This document shows, piece after piece, positions 1 through 11,300 of a stretch of DNA of 20,000 nt (the stretch's first letter is position 1; each line of letters opens with the position of its first letter). The stretch lies in contig BROI01000025.1 of the NCBI GenBank assembly GCA_027923505.1, positions 420,260-440,259 of the forward strand. Reading direction: 5' to 3'. A program made the translations under genes and the position numbers. The notes under the pieces are model-generated. The model was not told the origin of the DNA, searched no databases, and worked only from the letters and a program-made list of their open reading frames with translations. The DNA is from Mayamaea pseudoterrestris. Its lineage: Eukaryota.

Positions 1-74
1 AAATTGGATCGAAACCATGGCATGCCGCCGTTTCAAGGCATCTCTCTCATTTTATTGACAGAGTCTTATTCACC

Positions 75-2573
75 ATGCCCAAGAAGCAAAAGCGCCCAAT
101 AGCTGCAGCGCCAGACCCAGATGATGATGACGATTCGTCAATTGCTTCGGACGACGCCTTTGACTCGGAGGATGAGCGTCGCTACGGAAGCTTCTTTGAG
201 GAGCGTGACAGGGCCAAGGCCGAGGGAGGTGACATGGATGAAGATTCAGAAGACGAAAGCGATGATGATGACAGCGACGTAGAAGATGTTGAAGAGAATG
301 AAGTAGCTGACGAGGATGAGAGCGATGATGAAGACGACGACGATGACGACAGCGAAAGCGACGCTGAAGATGAAGAAGGAGATGGCGGGGACTACATGCT
401 CAGTCTGCTCGACAAGATTGATGACAAGAAGCGCAGCCACAAAGACGAAGATCCGTCGCATGGAATTGCTACTCACACCAAGGAATCAGAGTTCGCAGCG
501 TCCGTCTTGAAAAAGGGAGACTTGACCCTCGACGCGTTGATGGGATCCATTCAAGATACGGCTGGCTACGGCAAGGTGCAAAAGCAACTGAAACATGTAG
601 CGCACGGCGAAGCAACATCAGCTCCAGTGGCTCGCATAATATCAGAGCGCATCCAGCGCAAGATTGACTACGAGGAGCAGTGCAAGGAAGTGAGTCAGTG
701 GATGACGGCCGTCCAGCAGAATCGTCAAGCCGAAACGCTAGACTTTCGACCCAAGCAGCGCCTGCAAGTGACGCAGCAAGGTTTGGTGGATGGTTTTGTA
801 CCCACGACAGACTTTGAAAAGCAGATTCATGCAGCCTTGCAAAAGGCTGGTCAAGAGGATGAGGAGACGGTTTTAAAGCGAGAGCGCGACCGCCTCCAGG
901 ACGACTTGGATGCCAATGAGATTACGATGGATGAGTACAAGAAGCGTCGAAGTGACTTGGCGCAAATGCGAGCCCTCATGTTCTATCACGAGCAAAAGCG
1001 TCATCATATCAACAAGATCAAGTCGAAAAAGTACCGTCGCATCCGGAAGCGGCAGCGCGAGCGTCTGCAAGGTGACGAGGCGGAGTTAGACGCGGATGCG
1101 TTGAAGGAGCAAGAGGAAGTGGAGCGCATTAAGGAGCGCGCCAGCTTGGCTCATAAAAACACCAGCAAATGGGCTAAGCGAGTTCTCAAGCGAGGCAACA
1201 AGGTGGACGTGAATACTCGCAAGGCGTTGTCGGAATCCTTGCGCCGAGGCGACGACCTGCTTAAGCGCATGAAGAGCACACGTGGTGGTGACGAGTCATC
1301 CGACTCGGAGAGCGAAGATCTGGTGGCGTCAGCCAAGGCTGTATTGGCCAATATGGATGACGATAATGATGTTGTTCCCAGTGGTAAAGGCAACGCGCTG
1401 TTTCAAATGGCTTTTATGCAAAAAGGCATTGAAAAACAGAAGGCTCGCGCTCGTGAGGAAGCTCGGGAGCTTCTAAAGGAATTAGAAGCAGAGGAGCGTG
1501 ATAGTTCATCGGACGCTGAGGAACAGGGCGCAGATCTGGCGCCAGTAAAGAAAATTCGAATGTCGAGCAAGGCTGAGATGAAAAATGTACTGCGAGAGAG
1601 TGAACTTGTTGTTGCGTCGCTGAAACTCGGGCAGAAGCATCAAGTCGCTGTTAGTGGTCATATCGACATTGGTATGGACGAGAACCGGACAGTTCCTGCC
1701 GGGAAGGTTGAAGGAGCCAAGAATACTACTTTGAGTGAGCATAGTGTCACACTCGATCAGTTGGAAGTTGTGGCCGACGTTTCATCTTCGTCAAGGAAGC
1801 AGGATGCACCAAAGCGGCCGGCCGCTACTCAATCTCGCCTTGTTGCTGATGCCGATGAAGTCAACCCTTGGCTAGCAGATCAAACAGATAACGTGACGAA
1901 CAAGAAGGCGACAAAAAAGATGGGCAATGCTTTACGCGGTATGGTTGATGTTGAGAGCGCAGTCGACCTACTCGAGGCGGCTCCGACAAGGGCAACTACT
2001 ATAGCTGCTGCAACGGCAACCGTCGACAACAGTACTAGCAAGGCAATCACGAGCCTGTCACAAGGCGAGCTTGTCCGTCGTGCATTTGCTTCCGTGGCGG
2101 ATCTAGAGGAAGATGACTTTCAGAAGGAGAAGGTTAGAGTGGCGGAGCAAGAAGATCCTACTCGAAAGCAGCTACAGGCAAGCGCGAAACTGGCTGCATC
2201 CAAGGGATGGGGCTCTTGGACCGGTGCAGGTGCTCCACCGCCAAAGCCTCCTCGCACAATGCCAAAGAGGCTTCAGCCGCCGGAAAAGACATTAGGAAAG
2301 CGGGCGCGGGCGGACGAGAAGAAGCCCAATGTAATATTGAGCGAGAAGCGAATGAAGCGACTTGCAAACAATTACATGCTTGCTGCTGTTCCGTACCCTT
2401 TCACATCGCGCGAAGAGTATGAAAAGGCAATGTCTGGAAGTCTAGGTAAGGAATTTAATGTGACTGGGGCATTCAAGGAGATGACTCGCCCAGCAGTCAT
2501 GACCAGGCCAGGCAAGGTTATACAGCCCATTTCCAAAACAGTCAAGGTTAGGAGAAGCGCTGCAAAGTTCTAG
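75..2573 (+). CDS. UTP14: U3 snoRNA-associated protein 14 (SSU processome component)
   Basis: 832-aa ORF with an acidic N-terminus and Utp14-type motifs KIKSKKYRRI, HKNTSKWAK, GWGSWTGAG, VPYPFTSREEYE..SLGKEFN and C-terminal P.VMTRPGKVIQP. Confidence 0.92.
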   Translation: MPKKQKRPIAAAPDPDDDDDSSIASDDAFDSEDERRYGSFFEERDRAKAEGGDMDEDSEDESDDDDSDVEDVEENEVADEDESDDEDDDDDDSESDAEDEEGDGGDYMLSLLDKIDDKKRSHKDEDPSHGIATHTKESEFAASVLKKGDLTLDALMGSIQDTAGYGKVQKQLKHVAHGEATSAPVARIISERIQRKIDYEEQCKEVSQWMTAVQQNRQAETLDFRPKQRLQVTQQGLVDGFVPTTDFEKQIHAALQKAGQEDEETVLKRERDRLQDDLDANEITMDEYKKRRSDLAQMRALMFYHEQKRHHINKIKSKKYRRIRKRQRERLQGDEAELDADALKEQEEVERIKERASLAHKNTSKWAKRVLKRGNKVDVNTRKALSESLRRGDDLLKRMKSTRGGDESSDSESEDLVASAKAVLANMDDDNDVVPSGKGNALFQMAFMQKGIEKQKARAREEARELLKELEAEERDSSSDAEEQGADLAPVKKIRMSSKAEMKNVLRESELVVASLKLGQKHQVAVSGHIDIGMDENRTVPAGKVEGAKNTTLSEHSVTLDQLEVVADVSSSSRKQDAPKRPAATQSRLVADADEVNPWLADQTDNVTNKKATKKMGNALRGMVDVESAVDLLEAAPTRATTIAAATATVDNSTSKAITSLSQGELVRRAFASVADLEEDDFQKEKVRVAEQEDPTRKQLQASAKLAASKGWGSWTGAGAPPPKPPRTMPKRLQPPEKTLGKRARADEKKPNVILSEKRMKRLANNYMLAAVPYPFTSREEYEKAMSGSLGKEFNVTGAFKEMTRPAVMTRPGKVIQPISKTVKVRRSAAKF

Positions 2574-2680
2574 CAACTGAGCGGGTCGCTTGACTTGATT
2601 TTGTAGCAAACAAAGTAAACGTAAAAGTTTTTAAAAGTTACGTAATAGTTAATTTAGCGTGCCAAAAATCAAAATATAAA

Positions 2681-4117
2681 TTACGGCGTCACCTCTTGAC
2701 AAAATTGAGTTTCCTTCATAAACGTCGAGCCGGACATGAACATGGCGCGATGCTTTTGAATTTGATCAAAGTTGGTCGCGTACATGCCATAGCGGTTTCC
2801 ACATGCTGCTTCAATCTCCTGCGAAGACAGTTCACCAAACGAGTGTTGCTGCGCCTTGCGGTTGCCATTGTGCGGTAGCTGCAACTGATGACTCGGCAAC
2901 CAACAATCGCAAGCGTCCATTTGACAGTTGATATTGTTGCGGACGCAAAAGCAGTCGGCGTGACAGCAAGGTTCATTCTGTACGGCTTGATGCAGAATCG
3001 TCTCCAATTCTTCGCGCGACGGTGCACTTTCGTGAGGCAGCAAATGACGCTTGCGAAGCTCCTTTTTCAAGTCGTTTATGTTCAAGCGCTTGGCTTGCGC
3101 CTTTTTGCTCGTGCCGAGTGAGCTGCCAACGTGAACGACCAGCTTGCGACAGTTGCATCCGGCTCGTTGACTGCGACTGTTGCGGAGCTCCTCCAGCTGG
3201 TTGCGAACGGCATTGACATCCAGTTGCGTAAAGGTTTCATTGAATTGTTGCTCCGTCGTTGAGTGCGGTGCCGTGGGTCGCGTGCGACGCGTGGAATTAA
3301 TCACCTCCCCCGACGACGAGAACGATCCCGACCGCGCGCGATGCTTGCGAGGCGCAAGTCGCGGAGGAGAGCCGGAGAGTTGCGGCTGCAGTACGGCATC
3401 GTGTCCATCTCCATCTTCGTCGTGCTCCGCCGACGAGTAGTTCAAAAACAGCTGCCGGCGCAAGTTTTCCGTCAAACTTCCAAAGAGTGGATTCTTGTGA
3501 TTGCTGCTGCGATAGTCCCATTGCCGCGTTTCAAGTACTCTTGTAGATGAGCCATTGGTATGAATTGGCGACGTCGCTGAGTCATCATCATCATCGTCTA
3601 CTTTTAATTGCGCGAGTCGTTCCTGCAGACGCTCCTGCTTGGCTTGCTCATAGTCGTCTACTGAGACATTTGAAATTTCCAACACCTCGTCGTTCAATCC
3701 CAATGGCCAGGAACCAGAGGCTGGAACACCGTCCACACCCAAGCAGCGATCCATGCTTTTAACGGTGACATTGCCAAAGCTTAAACTGCAGTTGCGTTGT
3801 TGAGTTGACTCGACGGCGCGCTTGGTGCGCTTGTTTTTGCGGCGCTGGCGGCGCTTGGCCGAAGTACTTGTTGGTGGCGTCGCATGCGGCTGCTGCTCGT
3901 CTTGATCGTCGTCTTCGTCATCATGATCGTCATTGCTACTACTGCTACTGTTTGATGGCGACTCTAGCAGGGTCGGAGGTGAATGAACCGTCGTTGCAAC
4001 AGTTTTCGTCGTCAAGGAAGAAGAGGAGTTGATGTTGTCGTCGTCCGAGTCAATTTCGGAGTCATAATCATCGAACTTCCACAGGTACGACTTGGAAGGC
4101 GGCGGAGGCGGCGGCAT
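2681..4117 (-). CDS. CSRNP (cysteine/serine-rich nuclear protein)-like protein with a SAP-like insert
   Basis: 478-aa ORF. LSFGNVTV..DRCLGVDGVPASGSWPLGL resembles the CSRNP VxFxxVTV...VPSxGG..LGM motif. It is followed by LRNSR..GCNC, C.CVRNNINCQMD..C.C and CGN.YG, matching the CSRNP Cys cluster. Also has a Ser/acidic N-terminus and a basic NLS-like KRRQRRKNKR. Confidence 0.75.
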   Translation of the reverse strand: MPPPPPPSKSYLWKFDDYDSEIDSDDDNINSSSSLTTKTVATTVHSPPTLLESPSNSSSSSNDDHDDEDDDQDEQQPHATPPTSTSAKRRQRRKNKRTKRAVESTQQRNCSLSFGNVTVKSMDRCLGVDGVPASGSWPLGLNDEVLEISNVSVDDYEQAKQERLQERLAQLKVDDDDDDSATSPIHTNGSSTRVLETRQWDYRSSNHKNPLFGSLTENLRRQLFLNYSSAEHDEDGDGHDAVLQPQLSGSPPRLAPRKHRARSGSFSSSGEVINSTRRTRPTAPHSTTEQQFNETFTQLDVNAVRNQLEELRNSRSQRAGCNCRKLVVHVGSSLGTSKKAQAKRLNINDLKKELRKRHLLPHESAPSREELETILHQAVQNEPCCHADCFCVRNNINCQMDACDCWLPSHQLQLPHNGNRKAQQHSFGELSSQEIEAACGNRYGMYATNFDQIQKHRAMFMSGSTFMKETQFCQEVTP

Positions 4118-4289
4118 TTTAGAGTATTCAATTGTTGCAAATCAGATTGCAATGAGGCAACGAAGAGGTCCCGATGGCAAAGTAACGACGGATGAATGAT
4201 GCAGCAGTATACAACCACCAGGAGCTCGTCAAGATCTTCTGCCAGCTGCGCGAAACGTGCACGAGACCAACCTGACTGAGCAGGCAATA

Positions 4290-4753
4290 GTATGAAACGA
4301 GTGCCAGTGAAAACGAAGCCAAAAGGCTTATGTATGAAACGGGTGCCAGTGAAAACGAAGCCTAAAGGCTTATGTACGAAACAAGTGCCAGTGAGAACGA
4401 AGCCTAAAGGCCTATGTAAGAAACGAGTGCCAGTGAAAACGAAGCCGAAAGGCATATGTACGAAACGAGTGCCAGTGAAAACGAAGCCTAAGGGGTTATG
4501 TATAAAACGAGTGCCAGTGAAAACGAAGCCAAAGGGGTTATGTACGAAACAAGTGCCAGTGAAAACGAAGCCGAAAGGCATATGTACGAAACGAGTGCCA
4601 GTGAAAACGAAGCCTAAGGGGTTATGTATAAAACGAGGCCAACAGCCAAGGGTTATACGAAAGGTGAACCAAAGATGTATGAAACGAGTGCCAGTGAAAA
4701 CGAAGCCTAAAGGGGTTAAGTATGAAACGAGTGCCAGTGAAAATGAAGCCTGA
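4290..4753. repeat. 42-bp minisatellite, ~11 copies (TATGAAACGAGTGCCAGTGAAAACGAAGCCTAAAGGCTTATG-like)
   Basis: The AAACRRGTGCCAGTG anchor recurs at 4295, 4337, 4379, 4421, 4463, 4505, 4547 and 4589, is degenerate at 4631, and resumes at 4682 and 4725. Confidence 0.97.
4292..4753 (+). CDS. Putative Lys-rich 14-aa repeat protein (KRVPVKTKPKGLC)n
   Basis: The ORF spans the minisatellite and many between-copy changes are synonymous in this frame. No recognisable homology; it may be a by-product of a unit length divisible by 3. Confidence 0.3.
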   Translation: MKRVPVKTKPKGLCMKRVPVKTKPKGLCTKQVPVRTKPKGLCKKRVPVKTKPKGICTKRVPVKTKPKGLCIKRVPVKTKPKGLCTKQVPVKTKPKGICTKRVPVKTKPKGLCIKRGQQPRVIRKVNQRCMKRVPVKTKPKGVKYETSASENEA

Positions 4754-4924
4754 AGGGTGAGACGAGCGCTGCGTCTCCCACCATGGGAAATCTTCTCGAC
4801 ACATACGCTTTGCGGCAGCCGCTGCATATTCGCAAGTACCTTATTATAAAGCCTACGGTGCAATCGAAATTCAGTCATTTTTCGGTTATATACTTTCAAT
4901 ATAGCGTAATTGTAGTTTTGATCC

Positions 4925-6494
4925 ATGGCGAAGCGCTCTTTTGAAGGGCCGAACGATCAAACAGACAACAAGAAAGGATCTCCTCAGCCAATGGTACGTT
5001 TGGAAAACTCTTCTTGACCATAGACTAAGAATTAAATCTGTCGGCGGTAATCTTTCTCTGTATAACTTTCTTACGCACTGAGAATCTTCACACGAAAATC
5101 TACTTTCGCAGGAAATGGAAAGGTCTGCTGCAGCTACAACGAAAACCGCTTCCAATATGCGAGGATCGCTTCTTACACTATTAAATCGTCCATCACCATT
5201 TGCAAACGAGATGGGCACTCTTCCATGCGGTGAGTTTGAGCCTGTATCGCTTGCGACGCACAAGACGACTTCTGCCTTGGACTTTTGGACGTCGGTTGAA
5301 ACGCCACTCTCCCTGACCAAGGTTTTGGTCGTTGGCGCTGGAGGGTTGGGATGCGAAATACTCAAGGACTTGGCCCTGAGTGGCATTCGCAATGTCCATG
5401 TGATTGATTTGGATACAATTGACGTGACAAACTTGAATCGGCAGTTTCTCTTTCGGCAAGCTGACGTCGGACAGTCAAAGGCATTCACTGCCGCTTCCTT
5501 TATCAACAAGCGCTGTCCGTGGATGCAAGTCACGCCACACCATGGCAAGATTCAAGACAAAAATATTGACTTTTATGCATCTTTCAGTTGCGTCTTGTCG
5601 GGCCTTGACAATATTGAGGCGCGGCGATGGCTCAACGCCACTATGGTTAAGCTAGTACAGACGGACGAGGACGGTGACATTGATCCTTCCACGATTATTC
5701 CTCTCATTGACGGTGGAACGGAAGCCTTTTCGGGTCAAGCTCGCTTGATACTCCCAAACCTGACGAGCTGCTTTGAGTGCACCATGGACTCGTTTCCGCC
5801 GCAGCAAACAACCTTTCCCTTGTGCACGATTGCTGAAACTCCACGCCGACCGGAGCACTGCATTGCGTACGCTTTGATTCTCCAGTGGCCCAAGGAGTTT
5901 CCCGACAAGAAGCTTGACAAGGATTCTGCCGAACACATGCAGTGGATTCATAAAAAGGCATTGGAGCGAGCAGAAACATATCAGATTCCTGGCGTGACGT
6001 ATCAGCTCACGACTGGCGTTGTCAAGAACATTATACCAGCAGTGGCGAGTACGAACGCGATTATATCCGCCGCCTGTGTCAATGAAGCAGTCAAAATCCT
6101 GACCTACTGCTCGCAAACAATCAACTCTTACATGATGTATATGGGCAGTGCGACCGGTATTTATTCCCATACATTCGAGTATCAAAAGCTGGAGCATTGT
6201 CCAGTTTGCTCACAAACGGTGATTCAGTTGCACACAACAAAACATCAGACGCTTCGTGAGTTTATTCAGATTCATTTGACTGGCGGTGCGTCGTCTCTGC
6301 GGCTGACTTCACCGAGCCTTGCAGCGAGCAGTGGGACGACCCTGTACATGCCCAAGCCACCAGCCCTTGAGCAAGCAACCCGTCCAAACCTGGACATGCC
6401 TTTGTCATCCTTGATTGCTGACGGCGAAGAAGTGACTATTACGGATCCCTTGTTGGAAAGTACTGCCATTACGGTTCAAATCCACTTTGAGTGA
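4925..6494 (+). CDS. UBA3: NEDD8-activating enzyme E1 catalytic subunit; predicted join(4925..4993,5112..6494)
   Basis: Motifs VLVVGAGGLGCE, DLDTIDVTNLNRQFLF, DGGTE.F.GQAR, catalytic FPLCTIAETPR.PEHC, GVVKNIIPAVASTNA and a C-terminal E2-binding-like region. An in-frame upstream exon is predicted from splice signals. Confidence 0.93.
4994..5111 (+). other. Predicted 118-bp spliceosomal intron of UBA3
   Basis: GTACGT donor after ATG at 4991-4993, AT-rich body and TTTCGCAG acceptor. Splicing joins 23 codons in frame to GAA-ATG at 5112. Confidence 0.75.
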
Positions 6495-6777
6495 AGCAGT
6501 ATTGAGCAGATAAACATAAGCCTTGCCTTTTTGGTTGGCAAGAATTAAATGACAGGTTGTGGTTAGTGTAACTATGTACGTAATGTTTTTTTCCGTCGCT
6601 TTGGCAGTTGTGAAAAATATAAAGGACGCAACAAGTGCGTCGTAGTAAATTGGTGAGTACCGATGCGAGCTCAGAGTTTTGGGGCGCCGACGCGCCTCGT
6701 CTTGTGCCATTTCGCAAGATCCGCTCGAGGATAACGAGCCTCGATGCGAAACGTCCAACTGTCCTGTTACAATCATC

Positions 6778-8220
6778 ATGTCCCGTCCCATTGTCCCTCC
6801 AGCTGCACCCTTTCATGCAAGTGGCGCCAAGTCGAATAGCAAGACTAGCAAGACTAACAAGTCGGGCAAGGGAGCATCATCAGCCGCCGCCATGAAAAAC
6901 AAGCATCAGTTTCGTCGTACACCTCGTCGCAGTCGACTGGAAATCATGAGCTCGCAGACAAAGCTCATCTTTCGCATCACTGCCTTTGCCTTGATAATGG
7001 GACAGCTGCTTTCAAAAACTTACTTTGACTACTTGCTTCCGCATGGACGGCCCGAAAAGCTTTCGGAACGACCCTCGCCACTGCCGATTGATCGAAACTC
7101 TGACTTGCTGCGGTTTCGTCATGGACGCACCCAACGAATCTACGAGCGAGTCGAGGAGAATGTCAAGCCCAAACTGCATGGACCGGAGACTGTTGTGATA
7201 AATCCAAAGACTGGAGATTTGTACGTCATGACGGCAAATGCACGATTGCTGCAGCTTAGTGATTTGGAAATAGACTCGAATGATGCAACTAGAGTCACAG
7301 CCAAGGCGACGGATTTACATTCCTTGGGAGCCGGCCGTCCACTAGGAGGAGCGTTTACAGCAGATGGCAAGACTTTGTACGTTGCGGATGCTGTCCTGGG
7401 CTTGACGCGTCTGCATAATCCAACGGATCCTAAGGCCAAGGTAGAACTAGTTGTTGATACCATTGCTACCAAGAATACGAACGGAACACTTGTACACGAG
7501 CGACTCTGGTATGTTGATGATGTTTGCATTGGTCCAAAGTCGGGCAATGTTTACTTTACCGACGCGACAGACATTGCTCCGGAGCGATTTGGACACAAGC
7601 AAAAGGCACATTGGGATACGCTGTTTGCCTCCAAGCTTGACTTGGTGCGCGGCAGGCCTATGGGTCGTGTTTTGGAATACAATCCTACGACTGATACTAC
7701 TCGCGTGCTTGTAGGTGACCTGAATTTTGCCAATGGCATTGCCGTGGACAAGGATGAACAATATTTGATTGTGTCACAAACGTTTGGACCGCGTGTGTCC
7801 AAATACTATTTAAAGGGCGACAAAGCGGGCACTTTGGAAACAATCTTGGGGCCCAACCAATTGACTGGTTATCCAGACGGAGCGGATTGTGCATGGGAGG
7901 GGAACCGAAAGTGTTACGCCGTCTTACCAAGTGCATTCTCCCCAATCCACGCCTTGTACAGCAAGCTACCCGACCCAATGGATCGCGTGTTGCGAGTCAT
8001 TCTCTTGCTGCTACCTCGCTGGCTGGCTCCTCGAGTGCAAAAGTATGGCGGCATTGTCGAGTTTGACCCGATGACCAAGGTGCATCGGTATATCCAAGAT
8101 CCGACTGGAAAAGACATTGCCATGCTTACGGGCGTCACAATTTACAACAACAAGCTGTACTTGGGTTCGCTTGAGAATGATTACATTGGTGTTTACACAC
8201 TGGAGGCTTCAGAGCTATAA
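6778..8220 (+). CDS. Strictosidine synthase-like / APMAP-type six-bladed beta-propeller with N-terminal membrane anchor
   Basis: Motifs GPE, GRPLG, VADAVLGL, VYFTDAT, GRVLEYNP, FANGIAV, GYPDG and LYLGSL, plus hydrophobic LIFRITAFALIMGQLL. The first in-frame ATG is at 6778; the track start at 6679 is TTG. Confidence 0.85.
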   Translation: MSRPIVPPAAPFHASGAKSNSKTSKTNKSGKGASSAAAMKNKHQFRRTPRRSRLEIMSSQTKLIFRITAFALIMGQLLSKTYFDYLLPHGRPEKLSERPSPLPIDRNSDLLRFRHGRTQRIYERVEENVKPKLHGPETVVINPKTGDLYVMTANARLLQLSDLEIDSNDATRVTAKATDLHSLGAGRPLGGAFTADGKTLYVADAVLGLTRLHNPTDPKAKVELVVDTIATKNTNGTLVHERLWYVDDVCIGPKSGNVYFTDATDIAPERFGHKQKAHWDTLFASKLDLVRGRPMGRVLEYNPTTDTTRVLVGDLNFANGIAVDKDEQYLIVSQTFGPRVSKYYLKGDKAGTLETILGPNQLTGYPDGADCAWEGNRKCYAVLPSAFSPIHALYSKLPDPMDRVLRVILLLLPRWLAPRVQKYGGIVEFDPMTKVHRYIQDPTGKDIAMLTGVTIYNNKLYLGSLENDYIGVYTLEASEL

Positions 8221-8329
8221 CAGATACATAGATAAGCTGAGGCATAAAGCTCTGTAAAGCATTGTACTGTTATCACATTTCTACTGTATATACAATATAT
8301 TCAAAATTGAGTGGACGAGCCACCTTCAC

Positions 8330-11300
8330 CTACGTGTGACGCGTCCATTGGGCAGGCAAACTTATGCGTCTGGATGTCGGGTCTTTGGGCAACTTTCGAT
8401 AAAGCTCTGGTACAAACTCTCTCAGAGCTGCCAACACTCGGCTGCTGACAAAGCCTTCTGCGCTGCACCGCTGCAAAATGACGCCTGCAATGCGATTACG
8501 CTCATCCATGTTGGCCAAATGTCGACCAATAACTTGGAAAAAGTTGACATAAATGTAAGAGTTCGGCTTCACGCCGCATGATCCATCCGTCAGGGCAGTC
8601 ATGACTTGCAGAGCGATATGTACGGCGTCTTGCGAGTGGTCGTTGTGCGTGTAGGCACACGCATTCAAGACTGCCGCGAATGCGTGAGCGCTCGGCTTGC
8701 TATCCAAGTCGCCACGCTGTTGATACCCCTTCATGAGTCGTTGGAGCAAGCCCCACGCGACAGCAGCCTTGTTAGAATGATTGCTCTTGGCGTATGCATG
8801 AATTAGTATGGTTGTACAACGAGCGTCCGGTTTCGCCGCGTGATTGCCGCTCTCATTTGCGTCTGTCATCTCCCGCATTAGTTCCTCGAGCTTGTCCAGC
8901 GTGTATGAACCTATTTCGAGATTGCTTTTCAAGTGAGCAGTCATGACCGACGAATATAGCTTCTTGTCGGGTGCATGTGCAATGCCATAGCGCGATGCGC
9001 GCTTCACCCGATCAAGAATCTTGTCGGCTTCTTGGCCAGCGATTGATGGATTATTGTGTATCCATGCGGCAATCAACGCTTGGTAGGGTGCCGCTCCAAG
9101 AAGGCCAAGGGAATCGTCTCCTCGTCCGGTCAGGGTTTCGAGTCGGTCGAGTATTAACTCGCATTTCACATGGCCGTCTGAAACGCTGCTCCACGCGTAC
9201 ATGGACGAGACAAGACAAGGCAAATCCGGTGTTACAGTTTTATTCTTCTGCATTTCATTCAAAAGATTCTCAATGGTCTCCGCTGCTTCAGCGGTACCAA
9301 GACGGCTGAGCGATTTAAAAAGAACTTGGTAAATCCTTAGATCGGGCTCCACTCCATCGCCTCTCAAATCGTCGAGGATTTGCTTAGCTTTGTTTGGTGT
9401 CATAGAATTGTCAGTCAATATTAAGGTCGTGTAATGCACCACGCTTGGTTTCAAGTTTGCGTCTCCGTCAGTCTGCTGTTTGAGCCGGTCAAAAATTCGC
9501 TGACACTGTGCTGAAGCCTGTGGATGTCGCGATCGACTCCATGCCACCATGACGGATGCATAATCGTGAGCTGACAATGTTACGATTTCCTTTTCCAGTG
9601 TCTTTTGCCAGATACCCATGGCTTGCTGCGCTGCTGGAGCAGTCCCAATCTTGGCGAGCGCCTTGAGTTGAACTGAAAAGGACTTGGAATTTCGACGGAT
9701 TTTAGGATTCGATGTCATTTCTTTCCAAAGCCTGCTGACTCGATGTGGTTTATCTGCGTCATAATTTGCCTCCATTAGCAAATTCCAATGAAAGGTGTCC
9801 GTGTCTGAATCCACAACAACATTGCTCTGACGCAGAGTAATATGCTTCGCTTCCATTAGCTCCAACAGTTCTTGTCTATATGCTTTGGAGGACGTTGAAA
9901 ATTCCGCTCCTTTGAAAGCCAAAATTGCCAAGTAATAAAGATGCAGCGTCGGCAAGTCATTCGGATACATGGACCGGAGCGGCTCGAGCAACGCCTTGAC
10001 AACATCTTCACGCTCCATCACAGAAAGCAACGTAGATGCTTGCAGTACTCGCGTGAGGGTCTTGATAAAACGCTCGCAAAGGTCAGTCTGCTGATTGCTG
10101 GCAGCTGCCGCCGCGAGAATCTCAGCTTGCTTTTCGGAAGACGCTAGTACATCGCGCAGGCGCCAAAGCAACTCCGTCCAAACGTTAGTGGCAATTCCTT
10201 GGTCTGATGACTGACACAAGCAGTCAAGTCCGTTACACAGTATCTGCACGTGCCTTAACAAGTCCTCCTTTTGTAGTGTAGTCTGCTTGTTTTTCGCAAT
10301 GAGTCCATCTGCCTGCTTTATAGTTTGAAGCATGCTGGTTCGAATTGACATTACTTCATCACCTGCCAACGTATTACCTCCTCCTGTTGCAGGCAACATT
10401 GCCACATTCGCCAAGCAGTCCGACACGAGTGCATACGTTGTCAGCGTTGGCGTCATGTAGTATCCCGTCTCCTGCAAATGCTCAAGGACTTCCATGGCGA
10501 TGCGCGCCACCGTAAGCTTTGCATCAAGACTGTCACTACTTTCGGCCAGCGCTGCTGCTTTCGACATTGTGTTACAATCATCACTGCGTATAGCTGCATT
10601 TTGTTTCTGTTTCCCGCTGGACCTAAAGACGCGGAGAAGCAAGTGGTAATCGTCGAGCGAGGCTGCCAGTTCCAAGTCTCCTCCAAGCGTTTCGTTCCAG
10701 TCGTTCATCACCTGAAGCGCGCGGGTCGAGTACGACTCGCAATCGTTAAGTTGCGCAACATGAGCATATACTTGCAGCATGACGCGATGTGGAAGGCTGC
10801 TCGACGGACTGTCACTGCTACTTGATGATGGCGTGCCAGCAATAGCCTTGTCAAGGTTCTGCCAAACTTGATACAAGTCATGCATGCGCTCCAGTGCGTC
10901 GGCTACTGTCAATGATCTGTCGCTATCAGTTGAGGCTTCTTCAACGTGATTCGACGCGAGCAATGCATCCCGCCACTGCACCAGCAAGTCTTGTATTTGT
11001 GCGCGTTGCGTAAGGTCTGAATGCGAGGCAGTTTCGGCTAGTAGTCGCTTGGACTGATGCTCCAGGTCTTGCAGTCGCATTGCGCTTTTCGACAACAGTG
11101 AATTAGATTGAGAGCTGCTCCATCTTGTATTCGCATGAATGAACCCGCGACGCTCGACTGATCTAGAAGGATGCAACAGAAAGGACGAGGCTGTCCAAGG
11201 CGATGATGCTCCTGCTGGTGCAAAGTTAAACGCTTCACTTTTCATGTTGAAGCGATTAGCGCTTCTCCATCGTTTCGAGTCCAAGTGATTAAAAGCTGCT

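Noticed and set aside
4290..4753. CRISPR-like array
   Set aside because: The segments between conserved cores are themselves near-identical, so there are no unique spacers. No cas genes are present and the context is eukaryotic.
4757..4783. GC-rich hairpin just after the minisatellite, as a terminator
   Set aside because: No poly-T tail, eukaryotic context, and a short imperfect stem that could arise by chance.
4012..4926. 304-aa minus-strand ORF (PLGFVFTGTRF repeats)
   Set aside because: It is the antisense reading of the minisatellite, overlaps the CSRNP-like start in another frame, and repeat variation is more often non-synonymous in this frame.
6679..6777. N-terminal extension of the strictosidine-synthase-like ORF
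   Set aside because: It depends on a TTG start; the first ATG at 6778 is the more likely eukaryotic start.
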